DNA of 64,000 nt from the NCBI RefSeq assembly GCF_964204645.1, contig NC_134027.1, positions 1,334,485-1,398,484 of the forward strand, given 5' to 3'. Below the pieces are notes generated by a model, which was not told the DNA's origin, ran no database searches, and worked only from the letters and a program-made list of their open reading frames with translations. Position numbers and translations under genes: made by a program. Origin of the DNA: Tubulanus polymorphus (lineage: Eukaryota; Animalia; Nemertea). This document shows positions 38,366-50,000 of the stretch, in pieces. Position 1 is the stretch's first letter. Each line of letters starts with the position of its first letter.

Positions 38366-39954
38366 CTACGTTGAAAAGAGCTTTTGGTGATAAATTCTAT
38401 GTTTAGTATGAAATATTGTCTATCGATAAACACTATTATTGTCTGAATTATTTAAGATTTTTAAAAATGTTTTTGAGAAAGATTTCGACTTTATTACTTC
38501 TGTGGTTTCACTCTGCTTTGCATGGATTATTCCCATTGTATCAATGCATGATTTGCAGCAGTAAGACTTCAGCATAAGTAAGCTCTTTTAGCACTTCTAG
38601 TGCAGAAAATGTAGCACTTAGGAATGCACCTCTGGATGATCAGCTTAAAATCAAATTTAGGGTCATTCAATTGAGGTTGATTCACAGAAATTGAGCTGAA
38701 AATCAGTAAAACAAAACGAAAATTTACTTTATGATAAAGTGAAATATTTTATTATCAATCCGATGTATGCATTGGAATACAAGTGATATTGAACACTACA
38801 CAATGCTCTCAGACCCTCGACAACCAAAATTAACAAAATTATGTATTTCAAACTAAAACTAAGAGAGCGTGCATATAAATTAAAGCCATTAATAATCTTT
38901 GAAATAGTAACTCAACACTCATTTCCACTGTTTTAGGTTTAAGTTTGACAGTTTTTTGGAAGAGCTTAAGTTAGTTAATTCGTCAACTCATAACTAAGGT
39001 GGTACTGGCTCCTAGAATGACCAGACTGAACTATCATCAATATAGAAATATATTACTAACTCTGAGGTCATACACTCAGAACACCGTCCAAATGAAACAA
39101 AATTGTTGAGTTGGTTTGAAATGTTTAAACAACAATCAGGAACTCTACAATGAATATACAATATATAAAGGACCAGAATTTGAATAAAGTACATTCAAAA
39201 TGCCTCAAGTATTGAAATTGTCAATTCCGTGAATACTGAACTGAATGCCTGTTTTACATCCTGGTCACAATTTTTTTTGGTTTCTGGTTTGTTTTACCGG
39301 TAACCTAAAAATCGATGATATATCGAGTTTCTATGAATGCGGTGTATCATGACATGGTAGCAGCTGCTCTTAAAACACTGTTACATACATGGCAAAGATC
39401 GCGGCGAAATAACTACAAAAATTCTACTACATCTACAAAAATGAAATGAACTAAACACAGCAGCAGTCGAGTATATTTTCAATGCCTTTAACAATATATG
39501 AGTGTTTTTCATGTAACATCGATGCAAAAATGCAGCAGAAATCAGTCAAAAATTGATTGAACTCTGAACCCGGATTAATTTGATTTTATATACTTAATAT
39601 CAGTCTATTTTCAACGAGTTAACTAAATAAATCAGAACTCACAACTGTGAAAACGGTTCCGGAATCTGATTCCACAACCAGCAGTTAAATAAATCCAGCG
39701 TTAACTCACAGCTGTGGAACTGAAACCAGAATTCTAACATCCAACGATTTATACTGGGATAATCTGAAACTGCATTTAAAGTGATTCAAAATTTTCCTCC
39801 TTATTTTCGGAATAAATCTCAATTTTTTTCAATATTGCGCGCTTCTTTTATGAAATGAAGGGAATTGTGCCTATCTGTTAAAAAACGTTCATGCAAAGAA
39901 AGAATAAACGCACGATTGAGAAACGACAAGTTTCCGGATGGAACTGATAACGCG

Positions 39955-40035
39955 AGTTAACGCACGCCAGTGACATCAGGACTGTTCTACTATTAAACAT
40001 AGTTTCAGAACAATCCGTCATAAATACTCCGTTAA
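39955..40035 (-). promoter_or_regulatory. SECIS element (type II) in the GPX4 3' UTR
   Basis: Minus strand AUGAC-GGAUUGUUCU-GAAA-CUAU-GUUUA-AUAG-U-AGAACAGUCC-UGAU. This gives the AUGA/GA quartet, a fully paired 10-bp helix II, unpaired AAA and an apical mini-stem. ttaacg/cgttaa can form the lower stem. Confidence 0.92.
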
Positions 40036-40514
40036 AAACCCGATCCAAAAAGTGGCTTCTCTTCGCGGTGTATTCAATGTTTGCATGTTTTAACTTTAAT
40101 ATCGCTTGCGCAAAAAGCGGATCCATGGGTTCGCATAAAACAGTCCTTATTCTGTCACGGTAGAACCCTGAAATAACCTTGCTCCTCTGAGCTGAACGGG
40201 CAGGACGACCGAGGCAATAAAAGGGTTGGGAAAAGCTGACTGGAATGTCGGTATGTATTATGCCGATGAAAAATATGTAAAACAATTAATTGCGAAGGTG
40301 ATAAAAAAGGTTTAAGTTCAGCTCATAGAAGCAAGGCATCTTACCATAGTAGTATATAGTAGTCATTTTGATACCGTGTATACAGGATACAACTAGAACA
40401 AACTGAGACCGCAGCGACAAAATAGTACCCGTTTATTGGAAGTCATGGATGGGTAATCAGAAAATAACATCATTTTCTTGCGACTAAGGCTTCGAGATTT
40501 GAGTATTGATAAAA

Positions 40515-43500
40515 TTAACCTTCTTTCTCTAATTCAGCTTCGATGTCTTTTGTCATGCTCTGAAATGAACGATGAAACAAACATTTCAACCAATTTTTGA
40601 TCAATGAAAAATAAAGAGAGGAATAATAGAGATATAAATCATATCGTACCAGCGGGTCGGTAGTCGGACCGTAACGTTTCACCGGAATTCCCGTCCTACT
40701 GATTAGAAACTTGGAGAAGTTCCATTTCAGTTTGCTGCAAGTAAAAACTAACCGTAAGGAGACAAAAACGTAAAATTATTAGAATTGAACTATTTGCATT
40801 GTTTCGTTCCAACAGTTTGTAAAAGATGATTGATTAATTGATTTTATTTTCATAGAATATAATTACATATAATTATAATTTCTCTTACAAAATATTGCAC
40901 TGAACTATTAAGGACTTGTCCAGAGTCTGAACGCTGTAACTCTGTACATAGTGGATGAGCTGTGAGAATTGAAATGTACAAGCACATTTTATTTGACTTA
41001 CTTCCCGAGAGTTCCTTTCAATTTGTTTTGTAAAAACTTGAATAAAGGCAACGCGTCATTTCCATTAACATCGACTTTATGGAATAAATCGTATTGTGCG
41101 CCGTGCTTTTCAGCAAAAGCCTTGATCTCTGCATCAGTTCCTGGTTCCTAAAATACACAACAACTATATCAAATTCATAATTAATTTCGCAAACCTTTAA
41201 CCCCACGTTTCAGGTCGGATCTAGAGGCATGATTGGAAGATCTTACCAAATTTCTTTTAAAAAAAAAAGATACATTAATCACAAAGATCATTGTGGCAGC
41301 GGAAATCCTTTGGCACAAAAAATACCCTTTTCCAAAAACATGGCACCCGTATTTGTGACATTGTCTGCCTTATGAATCGATGAAATGGGCACTCAGAATT
41401 TTGAGGATTTGTCTTAGTCTCACAGAACTTGATTCATGCCAGTTTACCCAGATTTTACAGCAATTTCCTATACAAACCTGGCCACCGAATTGGTTACACG
41501 GGAACGCTAGAATTCGAAGTCCCTTCTCTGAGTATTTGGCGTGCAGTTCACTCAGTTGGGTGTAATTCTTTTCGGTTAAACCTCATTTAGACGCGACATT
41601 CACGACAACTACGACGAAACCTCTGAAAATACAATACAACATTTCATACTAGATGAATGTAACACACTTTAATCCACAATTCACAATGTTTCCGTTGTTA
41701 ACTATCACCATTAGGTGAGATCACTTGAAATTCTATAGTGGGACTCGTTTAATTCCATACTAATTACCAACCCAACAGCCAGCAGTAGCCCAAGTGTCTG
41801 AGGGGTTTGATTTTTTCATGAAAGTGGAATTTAAAATGGGCGTTGTATATTTTCTATCGGAGGTCGTAGAGTGCTCTAAATAATCTAATTATCAGATGTT
41901 AAGATGAGGTGACCGTGCGTGAGTTAGGCATCAGGTTTACTGCAATAATTATGATTTTGGAGATATCTGGGGTTTCTCTATAACATTTCACTTGTTACGC
42001 ACTTGTATTTTTCTAAAGAAACTCCTTCTCCGTCGATATCTTTAGCGCTGAATTGGTAAATCGTCTCAGCATGTTTCCAAGAATCGCTGGCCGCCTGGAA
42101 AAAATGAAAATAATTATCATCTAATTGCTTTAACGCATCATAGCGTGATCAACATCGAGCGAATCAAAGAAGCTCCCACCTGCACTGTTTCGGGCCACAT
42201 CCAAGAATAAATAGCTGAAAACATGTTTGACAAATCTTCGTCCCAATCCATTTAACTTAAACACTTGTTATTTATTCCACATGTTAGCACCAGTCAGTTG
42301 ATAAGACTTATCATCTTATCGATATAGACAACTTAATTCTTATCTCTAGGTCGCTGATAGCAGAGTCTTTCAAAACTACGAAGTTTCAAAGTTGAACAGT
42401 TAGAAACAAAGAGTTAAATTGAATCAATAACCAGCGAAACTGAATCCAGTTAAACCAAGTTAGCATTTTTACCCAATTGTTCTTAAACCGAACTTATTTC
42501 GACAAGTCTGAGAAAAACAGCTCAGTGGTGATGAGCAGAGTCCGGAGCACGCATTCATCAGAGAAAAATGGGCAGTACACTGTATATAAATATCTGTGTG
42601 GATCCAGTTCCTGCGCGGTTATGAGTTTAAACGGAATGAAATCCATTCGTAGAACAACTGAAAAATGGCCGATTTCATCCATGAACTGACATCAGTGAAA
42701 GATGAGAAATTTGAAATAATTAAAACTGAAATCCACTATAAAGCAAACTACAATTACATGTATTGACTCACTGTACAGTCAGAACCATGTTAATACAATC
42801 AAAACAGGTGCTTCACTTATTACAATATATTCATATTTCGAAAATTTAGTTGAAGCAAAATATCATAACACGTAAGATTTCTTATGCAGCGCTTGGAGTG
42901 AATTAATATCAATCAATCTACGACCAATAAAATATTTATTCTGGATGTCATTAGATAGAGAAGGGGACAAACAGTGCAGATTCTCTGAGACTAGAAACTA
43001 ATTATTTGCTGTGATATTGGACATGTCTCTTCCATTGGTTCAGGATGACAAAAACAAACATGAATCGACAAAGAACCTCATTATTCAAAAAATTATATTA
43101 ATTGAATACATCAAATAAGCCTAAGACCAATAGCAGCCTATTTGTAGTACAGCAGTCAACATAGTTTCTAGATTTTCATTGCAAGATTTTACCATAAAAA
43201 ACCATGTGTTCATTCAGCCGTAGTTTGATATTTCAAACATCTGCCGAAGCAGCTGTTACTTAAAAAAAGTAATCATTGACATTAGGATCAATATAATTGA
43301 TTCGTCGCTACCTAATATATGAAGAAATTAAATCAATTTCAGAGTTCAACTTTTTGTCAATTCAATCCTGAAACTCAACTGGACCCTGGAAACTAAACCT
43401 TTGGACCGGAAAACCTTATTTCTACCATTGAAAAGGCCGCCATTTTGTTTCTAGGATCTACTACCACCACAGCTCGCCCGACCCACCCCTCTCCCTGGTT

Positions 43501-43657
43501 GCAGTCACTCGAATAAATGAATTTCACCTACCATTTGGGCGAATGTGCGACAAAACCCGTATCCGAGAACAGGTGATGATCCGTTACTGATGATACCAGC
43601 AGACAGCGGCACAAATCGGGCGAATTTGGTAAAGTATTTAGCAACTGAGAAGAACAT
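40515..43657 (-). CDS. GPX4: Phospholipid-hydroperoxide glutathione peroxidase (selenoprotein)
   Basis: Exons 43657-43532, 42094-42003, 41622-41478, 41147-41002, 40734-40650 and 40559-40515. Motifs [20 protein letters not shown] (TGA at 41585-41583), [15 protein letters not shown] and [14 protein letters not shown] ~500 nt downstream of the stop. Confidence 0.95.
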
Positions 43658-45242
43658 TTAGCACAATGACGACAGCGAGCACAGGGCGACGACCTTCAAA
43701 AATGAATGCCACTTGAACCGAAAACAAATGATTACACATATAAGCCTTATATATGCAAATAATTACAAAACAACACTTAAATGATAAACATTTAAGAAAT
43801 AGAAACGTAACAAAATATCTATACGTTAGATATTTGCAATTTGGGACACATCTAAGGCGGTAATGAATTTATCATTGCTGTACGGTGCTGCCGCTAGGAT
43901 CGGCATTAGCGGATTTTGTATCAACCTAACACGAACTGACTCTGGCAGTAGACTCTCCTTTGACTGCCAGAGTCGATTCATGTTAGTGTATAAAAACTCC
44001 GCTAACCTTGAGCATAGCGGCAGCACCGGACGGCAGCACGTCGATTTACTTTTCTTAGTATCGGTAACGTTCGAACTCAGGTCACCCCTGTGCATCTACA
44101 GTCCTGAACCCAGTTCTACAGTCCTGAACTCAGTTCTACAGTCGCATCAGTACCACTCTGAATCGGTGTCAAAAATGTGCTGTCGAACCCGGGACACCGC
44201 TGTACATCCACCCAGAACCAGATTCAGTAATAACTTGACTTTGTTTCTGTATGTTGTTGATGCTGTTGTTTGATGCTGGTGTTAGTAAAACTTGGTGGAG
44301 GGCCCGCCATCTTTCACTAAGGCCTCCTCCCGTACTAGACTTCAGGACGTCGAAATAAAATCTGAATGACATGATCTGCGTGGTGTGTTCGTGATATTTC
44401 TGTTGCTGTTATATCTGCTGTTCTTGGTAATGAGTAAAAGCTTTTACTTAATTCACAATACAGAGGATGACAACTGATATACAATTAATAAACCTTTGGC
44501 CGTTATCGATTTCATAATTAGAGGTTCACCTTCCATCTACTGCATGATGATTTCCATCTAAGAATTGATAATCGCGATATTTTTCCAGTCAAAAATTTCG
44601 GTGTTGTACTTGATGTAAATCGCGTTCTTTCACAAGTCGACATCGTCGCAGTAATTATCCAATCACCTATACTGCTGCATAGGCAAAATTCGCCATCTAC
44701 TTAGTGGATTCGTGCAAGGTGGCAATCTCTTCACATTTCCACATTGTGCAAATTATCTTTTAATTGATTCGAATTCAACTTTAATCGACGACTGCAACTA
44801 GTTCAAAATAAGCGGCTGCTCGTTTGTTACTAGAACTAAAAAACGAGACCATATTACTGCCGTTTTGTGTCGAATACCAACTTATACTCCTCCTAACTGT
44901 GGAACTGTAACTCTGGTTCCAGCAGTGACTGACCCGAGATTTCCCCGCCCGAGATCCCCCGTCCCTCGTGTGAATAAAATACAAAGCCGCAATTAATCAT
45001 TTTTCACTCGTTAAGCTAACTATGCAAATGGTGGCCTAATTCCGGTGTGGAACTGGTTCGGGCTCGTGTGGTAGTACTGTAAAAGCGGATTATACCGCTG
45101 TACACGTTTATCATACGTTCACTCTCTGTACTGAATATCTTTATTTAGGCCGCTTTTAGTAGAACGCATAGACATAGACAGAGATAGATAGTAGGTTGTA
45201 GTAATAAAGGTATATATCGTATACTGGTGATATACTCGCCGT

Positions 45243-47664
45243 ATGGATATTTTTGACGATGAAGCCCGCCTGCTCGAGATTGTCGGGCGGGCCACGCAGA
45301 TATCTACAATCCTCATGAATGTTACGGGCGTGTAAGTATTTGTTAAAACATTTTCTGCCAAATTGATACCTATATACCAGTGCATACTATATACCAGTGC
45401 ATCAGCTCTAAATGTCACCATGCTACAAATGCTAGAACTGTGGAAGATAATATATCCATTAGAAACATTCGAGAGCAACTAAGCAACCGATGTTCGACAC
45501 TGGCGGTTAAGAGCCTGCATGCCGAGTTACATTTCGTTCATACTCCACTGAGTGACAGTTCATATCCGGCAAGAAACCAAACTATATCTCATAGGACTTG
45601 AGTTTGACATCGCATGTTAATATTAGACGAGCCTTCTTTTTTAAACGGAGGTCCAGGGGTCCGTTTCACTATAAGTTTGATTAGTCATGTTGAAACATTG
45701 ATGATAGAAACTGTAATGTCATTCTACCCGGACAGGGGCTTGGGGGATGGCGACATTTTGTACCGACCTTAACCACAGTGATTTCATCTGGATAGTGCAC
45801 AATTTTGGACCGGGTCAAAACGAGTCAATTTCATTAGAAAGGCTTCACAAATGTGGAACTGCGGGATCTGGCAGTTTTGTTGTAAGCTGTCTTAAATAGT
45901 TTGTTTTCTTGAAATTTCAGACCGATGGTTTATGGAATGTTAAGTAAAAATGATACGCGACATGTACCATATCATTTTTTCATACTCGGATTCATAGTGT
46001 AAGTAAATTAAATGAATTCTTTAAAGAATCTTTTGAAATAATTATTTGCTACATGTATATTTCAGTGCTTTCCATAAGTTCGCATTGAGAAAATAAACCT
46101 AACCTTGATGTAAAACTCAAAGACCTAACTTACACATTTTCCTTTCAGAAATTCCATATTTTTAGCGTACGGTCTTTCAGTGGGTGACTTCACGTTGAAT
46201 TTAACTTCGGGATTTGGTCTCATCATGAATACATTTTACTTGTCGTCCTATCTATACGCCGTTCAACATAAGGTATATACATGGATATCTAAAACTAAAT
46301 CAAAAAAACTCTGATAATCTCTGATTTATATGAACGTGATGGTGAAAAGTTTACTTAATTCAGATCGCGAACTTTTGAAATACCGACATTCGGCCGGCAT
46401 TAGCTGTTTATGTTTCTAAGGTTTAGATTTCCTCCTTCGTAATGATTTACCCCTAGAGCCGAATTTATCGAGAAGAAATTCGTCTCTCGAATTCATGAAA
46501 GATTAAGCTCATGATTTCACCGTAATTTTTGACCACCAGTAGGGGCACAGTTTCACATAAAAATGTTTAACTCAAATTGTTGGTTTTACGTTATGGTTTA
46601 CTTCATGTTTTCGATGAGGACAACAATTCAAACTTGACCGTTTAAGGCTGAAACTTTTTCGTGAAACGGGCCCTGTAGTTGTAAAGACAGAGGTATTAAC
46701 TTGAGTTACCCAGTAGGGTTAACTCAATTGTATCAACCCCCAGGTAAAAGGTAGTCTATATCTAATCCCTGTAAATTTGTAAATTGTATTTCAGACGACT
46801 GTATTGACTTTATTGTTTGTGGCTGCGGGTTTTCTGGCTGGTCTGTACGGTTACGTTAATTTTGTCGTACATCCGTCTTTGCGACACGAAAAAGTCGGTT
46901 TTATCGGTTGTATTATGACTATGATGATGCAAGTGTCTCCTTTAATTCAAGTAGTAAGTAAACACGTATATACTGAAGCAAAAGCTCATAAACTTCAAAT
47001 AAATCTAAGAAAACTTCGAAGTGCTATTTCTCTTTACGTTAACTGTGGAATTGATATTCTTGCTACGACTTTTTAAACGCGTAATTCTCCTTTCGTTGCA
47101 GAAAGAATTTGTCAGAGCTGAATCATGTGCTGGTATGTCTAAATTGATGGTGTTTGGGGGCATATTCTGTGCCAGTTCTTGGTTCGCTTACGGCAAATTA
47201 ATCAACGATTTCTACGTTTACGTGAGTTAATTCATTATGAACAAATCGTGCATCTATAAATGATGATAATTACAACAATTGATGAAACGCTCTAATATAG
47301 GCTCTTTGGCCCTTAACCAGTTTTACCTATACGCTTTCCTGAAAAGAACAAGTGGAAAATCGAAACGCCAAATCAACCAGGAAAAATCTGCCATGTTGCA
47401 CCGGCAAACGATAGGAGCATTACTAGCAAATAAGTTAGGGTTACTAGCAAATAAGTTAAGGTCTTGAATCCTTGGGGGGGGGGGTGATTCCTTTCCAAAT
47501 ATTGACAACACGAGAATCGGAAATTGAAGCACAAATTCATCTATCATTCTGTGTTGTGTGTTTTTCAGTCACCGAATGTGCCAGGTCTGGCTGTAAGCGC
47601 TGTTCAGATAGCCTTGTTACTGATATATGGCGATGCGAAAAAGACCAAAGAGAAAATGAAATAA
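45243..47664 (+). CDS. SLC50A1: SWEET/MtN3-saliva sugar transporter (7-TM)
   Basis: Exons 45243-45331, 45921-45998, 46149-46272, 46795-46953, 47102-47221 and 47569-47664 splice in frame. Two MtN3 repeats with VPY..F, AYG, VSPL, SWFAYG..ND.YV.SPNVPG. It may be one of several paralogs. Confidence 0.88.
46542..46673. mobile_element. MITE family B, inverted copy, intronic in the SWEET gene
   Basis: gggcacagtttcacataaaaatgtttaactcaaatt ... tttttcgtgaaacgggccc. The interior is the reverse complement of 20548-20677. Confidence 0.7.
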
Positions 47665-48810
47665 TGACAGAGATTTTAGTATTTTATGCAGCTGTCAATC
47701 TGCCGTCTGAAACCACGCCTCCTTGTTGAACGACTACGGTCGTATTTTTCTATTCGAAAATGCCACAATCATTTTTATCAAAATACATGGAAAGTCATAT
47801 TTTGAGTTAATAATGTTGATAATTCCCTCCCCCCCCCCCCCCCCGGTGGCCAGCTCGACCTGATGTCTTCATCTATTTAACTGTGATTGTGTCTGAGGAG
47901 ATGTAGTGTGGATCTGGGCAGTATATTGATAACTACGTCCGTGAATGTGATATATACATGCTGCTGCTGGTACCCAGTTCCACGGGTTGTTTGTTAATTT
48001 TTACAAAAAAATAAATCTAAATCTCAAATTTCAAACTACTCAATGGGCCAACTTCAACCATTTGGCTATTTTTAGTCGAGTTGTTCTTGAGGAAAAATTA
48101 AAAATGAACTTGTTCTGATAACAGCGGAGGAACTTGTGTCTAGTTTTCTAATCTATTTTAAGATGGTGCATATTGTTGTTATGATTTATCTATAGAGAAA
48201 TAGAACGATATTTTATTAATTCAATTTCTGAAAACTTTAATTGAAAATGAGTTTGTTGTTGTTTTATCTGTGTAGTACGGTGAGTGAAGAGGTTATCTAT
48301 GAATTGATCAGATCTGATTTGAGTGCCAGTCTTCGTAGCTGTAGTCAACTAGTGATTGGAACTAAAAACCGGACGCGCTGTTGTTCGGTCGTAACGATAT
48401 TTCGCAGTGATGGCCGTCTTGAAACTACGTCCGAACTACAGCGACCGAGCTCGATTCCGTGGTCGACCGTTTCTAGTTCCGACTAACTGAAATTCGGTTT
48501 CACATAGTTAGCAAATAATCGACTAAAACTCACGAATTTCACGCTCAGTGTTCGGAGAATGCCGTTTCCTTCGGCTCCAGGAAAGCGAAACGCCTGTCAA
48601 ACAACGAGCTTCGGTCCGATCCCGACAAACAAACACATTTTTAGCAACAAATATGTTTATTATTTACACATATATAAAACGATCGGATACAAATTTTACA
48701 CAAGATGTAATAATTATATACGTAATATTCAAACCGCTTCCAGGAAGTTATTACGGGAAAACGGGCAAATACTATGAATAGACTATATCATATATAAGAC
48801 CGTTTGTATA

Positions 48811-48968
48811 CAGTAGACCTCATCTTACTAGGACAACTTTAGACTCGAACGAACACGAAATAAATTTTTCTGACTTCTTAACGTATTTTCCGATCCTTAA
48901 CTCGCACTTCGTTTACCTCGGACCAATTTTTCTGGTCCCAGTTTGTCCGATCTAGGCGAGGTTTACTG
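48811..48968. mobile_element. Decayed Tigger-like MITE with TA TSD
   Basis: ta|cagtagacctcatctt ... taggcgaggtttactg|ta. Confidence 0.55.
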
Positions 48969-49092
48969 TACGGTACGATAGTCGGTTTTGATTGTTTAAT
49001 CAACGATATTTTGACAAACAACACGAAAACAAAGGAAACATTGATACATGATCTGCTCGCGATTCTCGTACAAATGAATACATGTAAAATAT

Positions 49093-49349
49093 GAGGAGAG
49101 AATCCCACAATGATAATAAAAAGTCCGAAAATGAAACTTCGAGATAGTAGTTTATTTCAACGTTTCGACTATATCCTAATAGTCATCTTCAGGAATAAGT
49201 TATTAAGTCATTATTCCTGAAGATGACTATTAGGATATAGTCGAAACGTTGAAATAAACTACTATCTCGAAGTTTCATTTTCGGACTTTTTATTATCATT
49301 GTGGGATTCTCTCCTCATCGCGTCAACACGGATATTGTGCTCTATCGTG
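49093..49349. mobile_element. Palindromic Penelope-like pseudo-LTR insert with a hammerhead core on each strand; ~11-bp TSD
   Basis: Perfect ~108-bp inverted arms (49091-49198 / 49211-49318) with a 12-nt spacer and a ~30-nt tail. atgtaaaatat is repeated at 49082-49092 and 49350-49360. CTGAAGAtgactat..atagtcGAAAcgtt at 49217-49250. Confidence 0.8.
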
Positions 49350-49602
49350 ATGTAAAATATCTGTCGAATATTTACGGCAAACAACAAAGCTGAAAATAGA
49401 GTTAATAAAATCAGTTCATTTTTAAAGATGTATAGTTCCAGTAAGTTCTCGGGTCATACTCTTTACAGAATCTCTCTGAATCTTCACCCAAAACATTGCG
49501 GATGCTACTCGTTAGTTAAAACACTGGAAAATGAACTAATTTGATTTCGATTTTTAAAAGAAAATATTTCTAGATTTCTTTGATATATCTAAAAATGCCG
49601 CA

Positions 49603-50000
49603 TCAATCAACACCGTTTAGATTGCTGGACCAGTCCTGTAGACTTCCCTCTAAATCAAGATCATCAAACTCATCATCGTCATCTTCATCATTTCCATCAA
49701 GCCAATCATTTCTCGCATTTAACATATCAACTTCGTCATCGTCAGTTTCATCTTCACTATTAGTACTGGAATCCGTAGTAGAAGTCGATGTTAACTTCTC
49801 TCCTTCGCCTCCTTCTTCTTCCTCGTCACTATCATCGTCATCTGCCGGTACTAACACCAGATCATCATCGTCATCGTCTTCACTTTCGTTTTCAGTTTCA
49901 TCGTCAGCATCATCGTTTTCGAGCACGGCGTCGGCTGTCTCCTGATCGGCCAGTCTCCACGGTGCGTTGTGAAATTCAGTTTCGTCGAGTTTCGCATCGC
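49603..50000 (-). CDS. 3'-terminal exon of an EF-hand protein with a very acidic C-terminal tail (upstream exons not located)
   Basis: Acceptor ttttcag at 50001-50007. The exon begins (x)GC-DAKLDETEF, the second half of an EF-hand loop, then NAPW and a ~110-aa D/E-rich tail to a stop at 49603. Confidence 0.6.

Noticed and set aside
39878-40285. 135-aa minus-strand ORF
   Set aside because: It lies in the GPX4 3' UTR, spans the SECIS and has no domain or ATG start.
41583-41585. GPX4 as a pseudogene because of an internal stop
   Set aside because: The TGA is at the catalytic Sec position and a canonical SECIS is present.
43826-44372. Short ORFs between GPX4 and SWEET
   Set aside because: No domain, consistent frame or splice structure was recognised.
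49580-49945. Ser-rich plus-strand ORF
   Set aside because: It is the antisense shadow of the Asp/Glu-rich exon.
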